Source of the DNA: a virus
IMG/VR virus record: IMGVR_UViG_3300045043_000023
Coordinates: 1-42,823 of that record
Strand: one strand, 5' to 3'
Length of the DNA: 42,823 nucleotides
The notes under the pieces were generated by a model. The model had not been told where the DNA came from and did not search any database. It saw nothing but the letters and a program-made list of their open reading frames with translations. The position numbers and the translations under genes are program-made. Shown piece by piece: positions 42,025-42,823 of this stretch; position 1 is the stretch's first letter; each line of letters begins with the position of its first letter.

Positions 42025-42180
42025 CTGATGGCGCCTGCCAGCCAGAACAGATAGCCGCCAAACCAGATCATGGGCACCGTTCTAGCACTGATGGCTGAGA
42101 TCCCGCGAGGGTGAGGCCGGACGGCGGCCACTCCGCAGGTGCCATGCTACCGGCGAACGGCCTGCGGAGCGGACTGCCGG

Positions 42181-42390
42181 CTATCCTAGCCTTCGCGGTT
42201 GCAACACGTTCTCTGCTGCTAACATCACATGCAGGTTGTCGCTGCCCTTCAGGCCGCAGCACACCATCCGTGCGCCCTCCTTGGCGCCATCTTCGGGCCA
42301 GCCAGCCAGCATCAGCCGACGCACCGCCTCCGGCATGTCGTCCGGACCCAAGAAACGGCGGTTCCAATCGTCGTCCATCGCATCCTCCAT
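42181..42390 (-). CDS. Hypothetical protein (69 aa)
   Basis: MEDAMDDDWNRRFLGPDDMPEAVRRLMLAGWPEDGAKEG... An alternative upstream start at 42471 would overlap the endonuclease gene. Confidence 0.45.
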   Translation of the reverse strand: MEDAMDDDWNRRFLGPDDMPEAVRRLMLAGWPEDGAKEGARMVCCGLKGSDNLHVMLAAENVLQPRRLG

Positions 42391-42451
42391 CCCGAGCCGG
42401 CGTCGGTTTCCTCCCGACGTGTAACCCGTGCGTGGCCACCGAGCACGTCGG

Positions 42452-42823
42452 CTAAAGGGATTCGGTGGCACTTTCTTTCAGCCGCGCCTGAAAAGGGCGT
42501 CTGATCTGGGGTTCGCCAATGTGGTTGCCGCCTCGTTCAATGTAGTCAGCCAAGGCACGCAGGATAGCAGGGGTGTCTCGTGTGAACCCGAGGGCGCTAT
42601 TGCATCTGTTGCAAAGCCATCCTCGGAAGTTTCCAGTTATGTGACAGTGATCGTAATATGTTTTGCACTCGATGTGGCAGATTTCACATAGAGCGGCAGG
42701 AGGAACTGCCTTGTTCCTGTTCGCTCGTCGTCGCAGGGCGATCTTGACCTTGTTCTTCTGAAACCACCGCGCTTTGTGGAGAGCCTCTCTCTCTGGGTTC
42801 TTCTTTATCCATTTGTTTCGGTA
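42452..42823 (-). CDS. Endonuclease VII-type (HNH superfamily) nuclease; its 5' end wraps to 54..25
   Basis: CEICHIECKTYYDHCHITGNFRGWLCNRCNSALG is the T4 endonuclease VII signature. The frame is open to the window edge and continues in frame to the ATG at 54, for 133 aa in total. GC is low. Confidence 0.8.
   Translation of the reverse strand, partial: YRNKWIKKNPEREALHKARWFQKNKVKIALRRRANRNKAVPPAALCEICHIECKTYYDHCHITGNFRGWLCNRCNSALGFTRDTPAILRALADYIERGGNHIGEPQIRRPFQARLKESATESL
42458..42473. repeat. Direct repeat GGATTCGGTGGCACTT (partner at 105..119)
   Basis: See 105..119. This copy overlaps the 3' end of the endonuclease gene. Confidence 0.6.
42800..42823. repeat. Terminal direct overlap (identical to 1..24)
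   Basis: Identical 24-mer. Confidence 0.9.

Noticed and set aside
42021-42071. 16-codon minus-strand ORF MIWFGGYLFWLAGAIR
   Set aside because: It is too short to support without expression data. Noted only as a possible micro-peptide upstream of 41866..42024.

Overview
The window is a complete, circularly closed genome of a high-GC tailed dsDNA phage. A 24-nt terminal overlap closes it, giving 42,799 bp of unique sequence. The virion and ejection module is P22-like (portal, scaffold, gp4-like adaptor, gp10-like hub, three ejection proteins), with an N4-gp56-type major capsid protein. The host is most likely an alphaproteobacterium, because the phage carries a GcrA-like regulator and an MT-A70 methylase. 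A PEP-CTERM cargo protein further implies a host that has an exosortase. Layout: (1) structural and ejection operon on + (134..23737); (2) leftward early operon (23740..26607) with RecT, a Gp157-like protein and small proteins; (3) divergent XRE repressor / Cro-like switch (26996..27691); (4) long rightward operon (27740..36959) with GcrA-like, VRR-NUC, MT-A70, a PD-(D/E)XK-like ORF, an iteron-bearing replication initiator, an RfaH/NusG-like factor, small membrane proteins and terminase; (5) an accessory island of about 6.1 kb between terminase and portal (36960..42823, wrapping to about 274). The island holds helically phased direct repeats and a minus-strand operon of small Cys-rich proteins. 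It also holds a PEP-CTERM secreted protein translationally coupled to a 693-aa coiled-coil protein, and a low-GC endonuclease VII cassette that spans the window junction. I recognised no integrase, tRNA, CRISPR array or canonical endolysin by eye. All family calls come from motif recognition in the supplied translations plus gene order and codon third-position GC (GC3). No database search was run.
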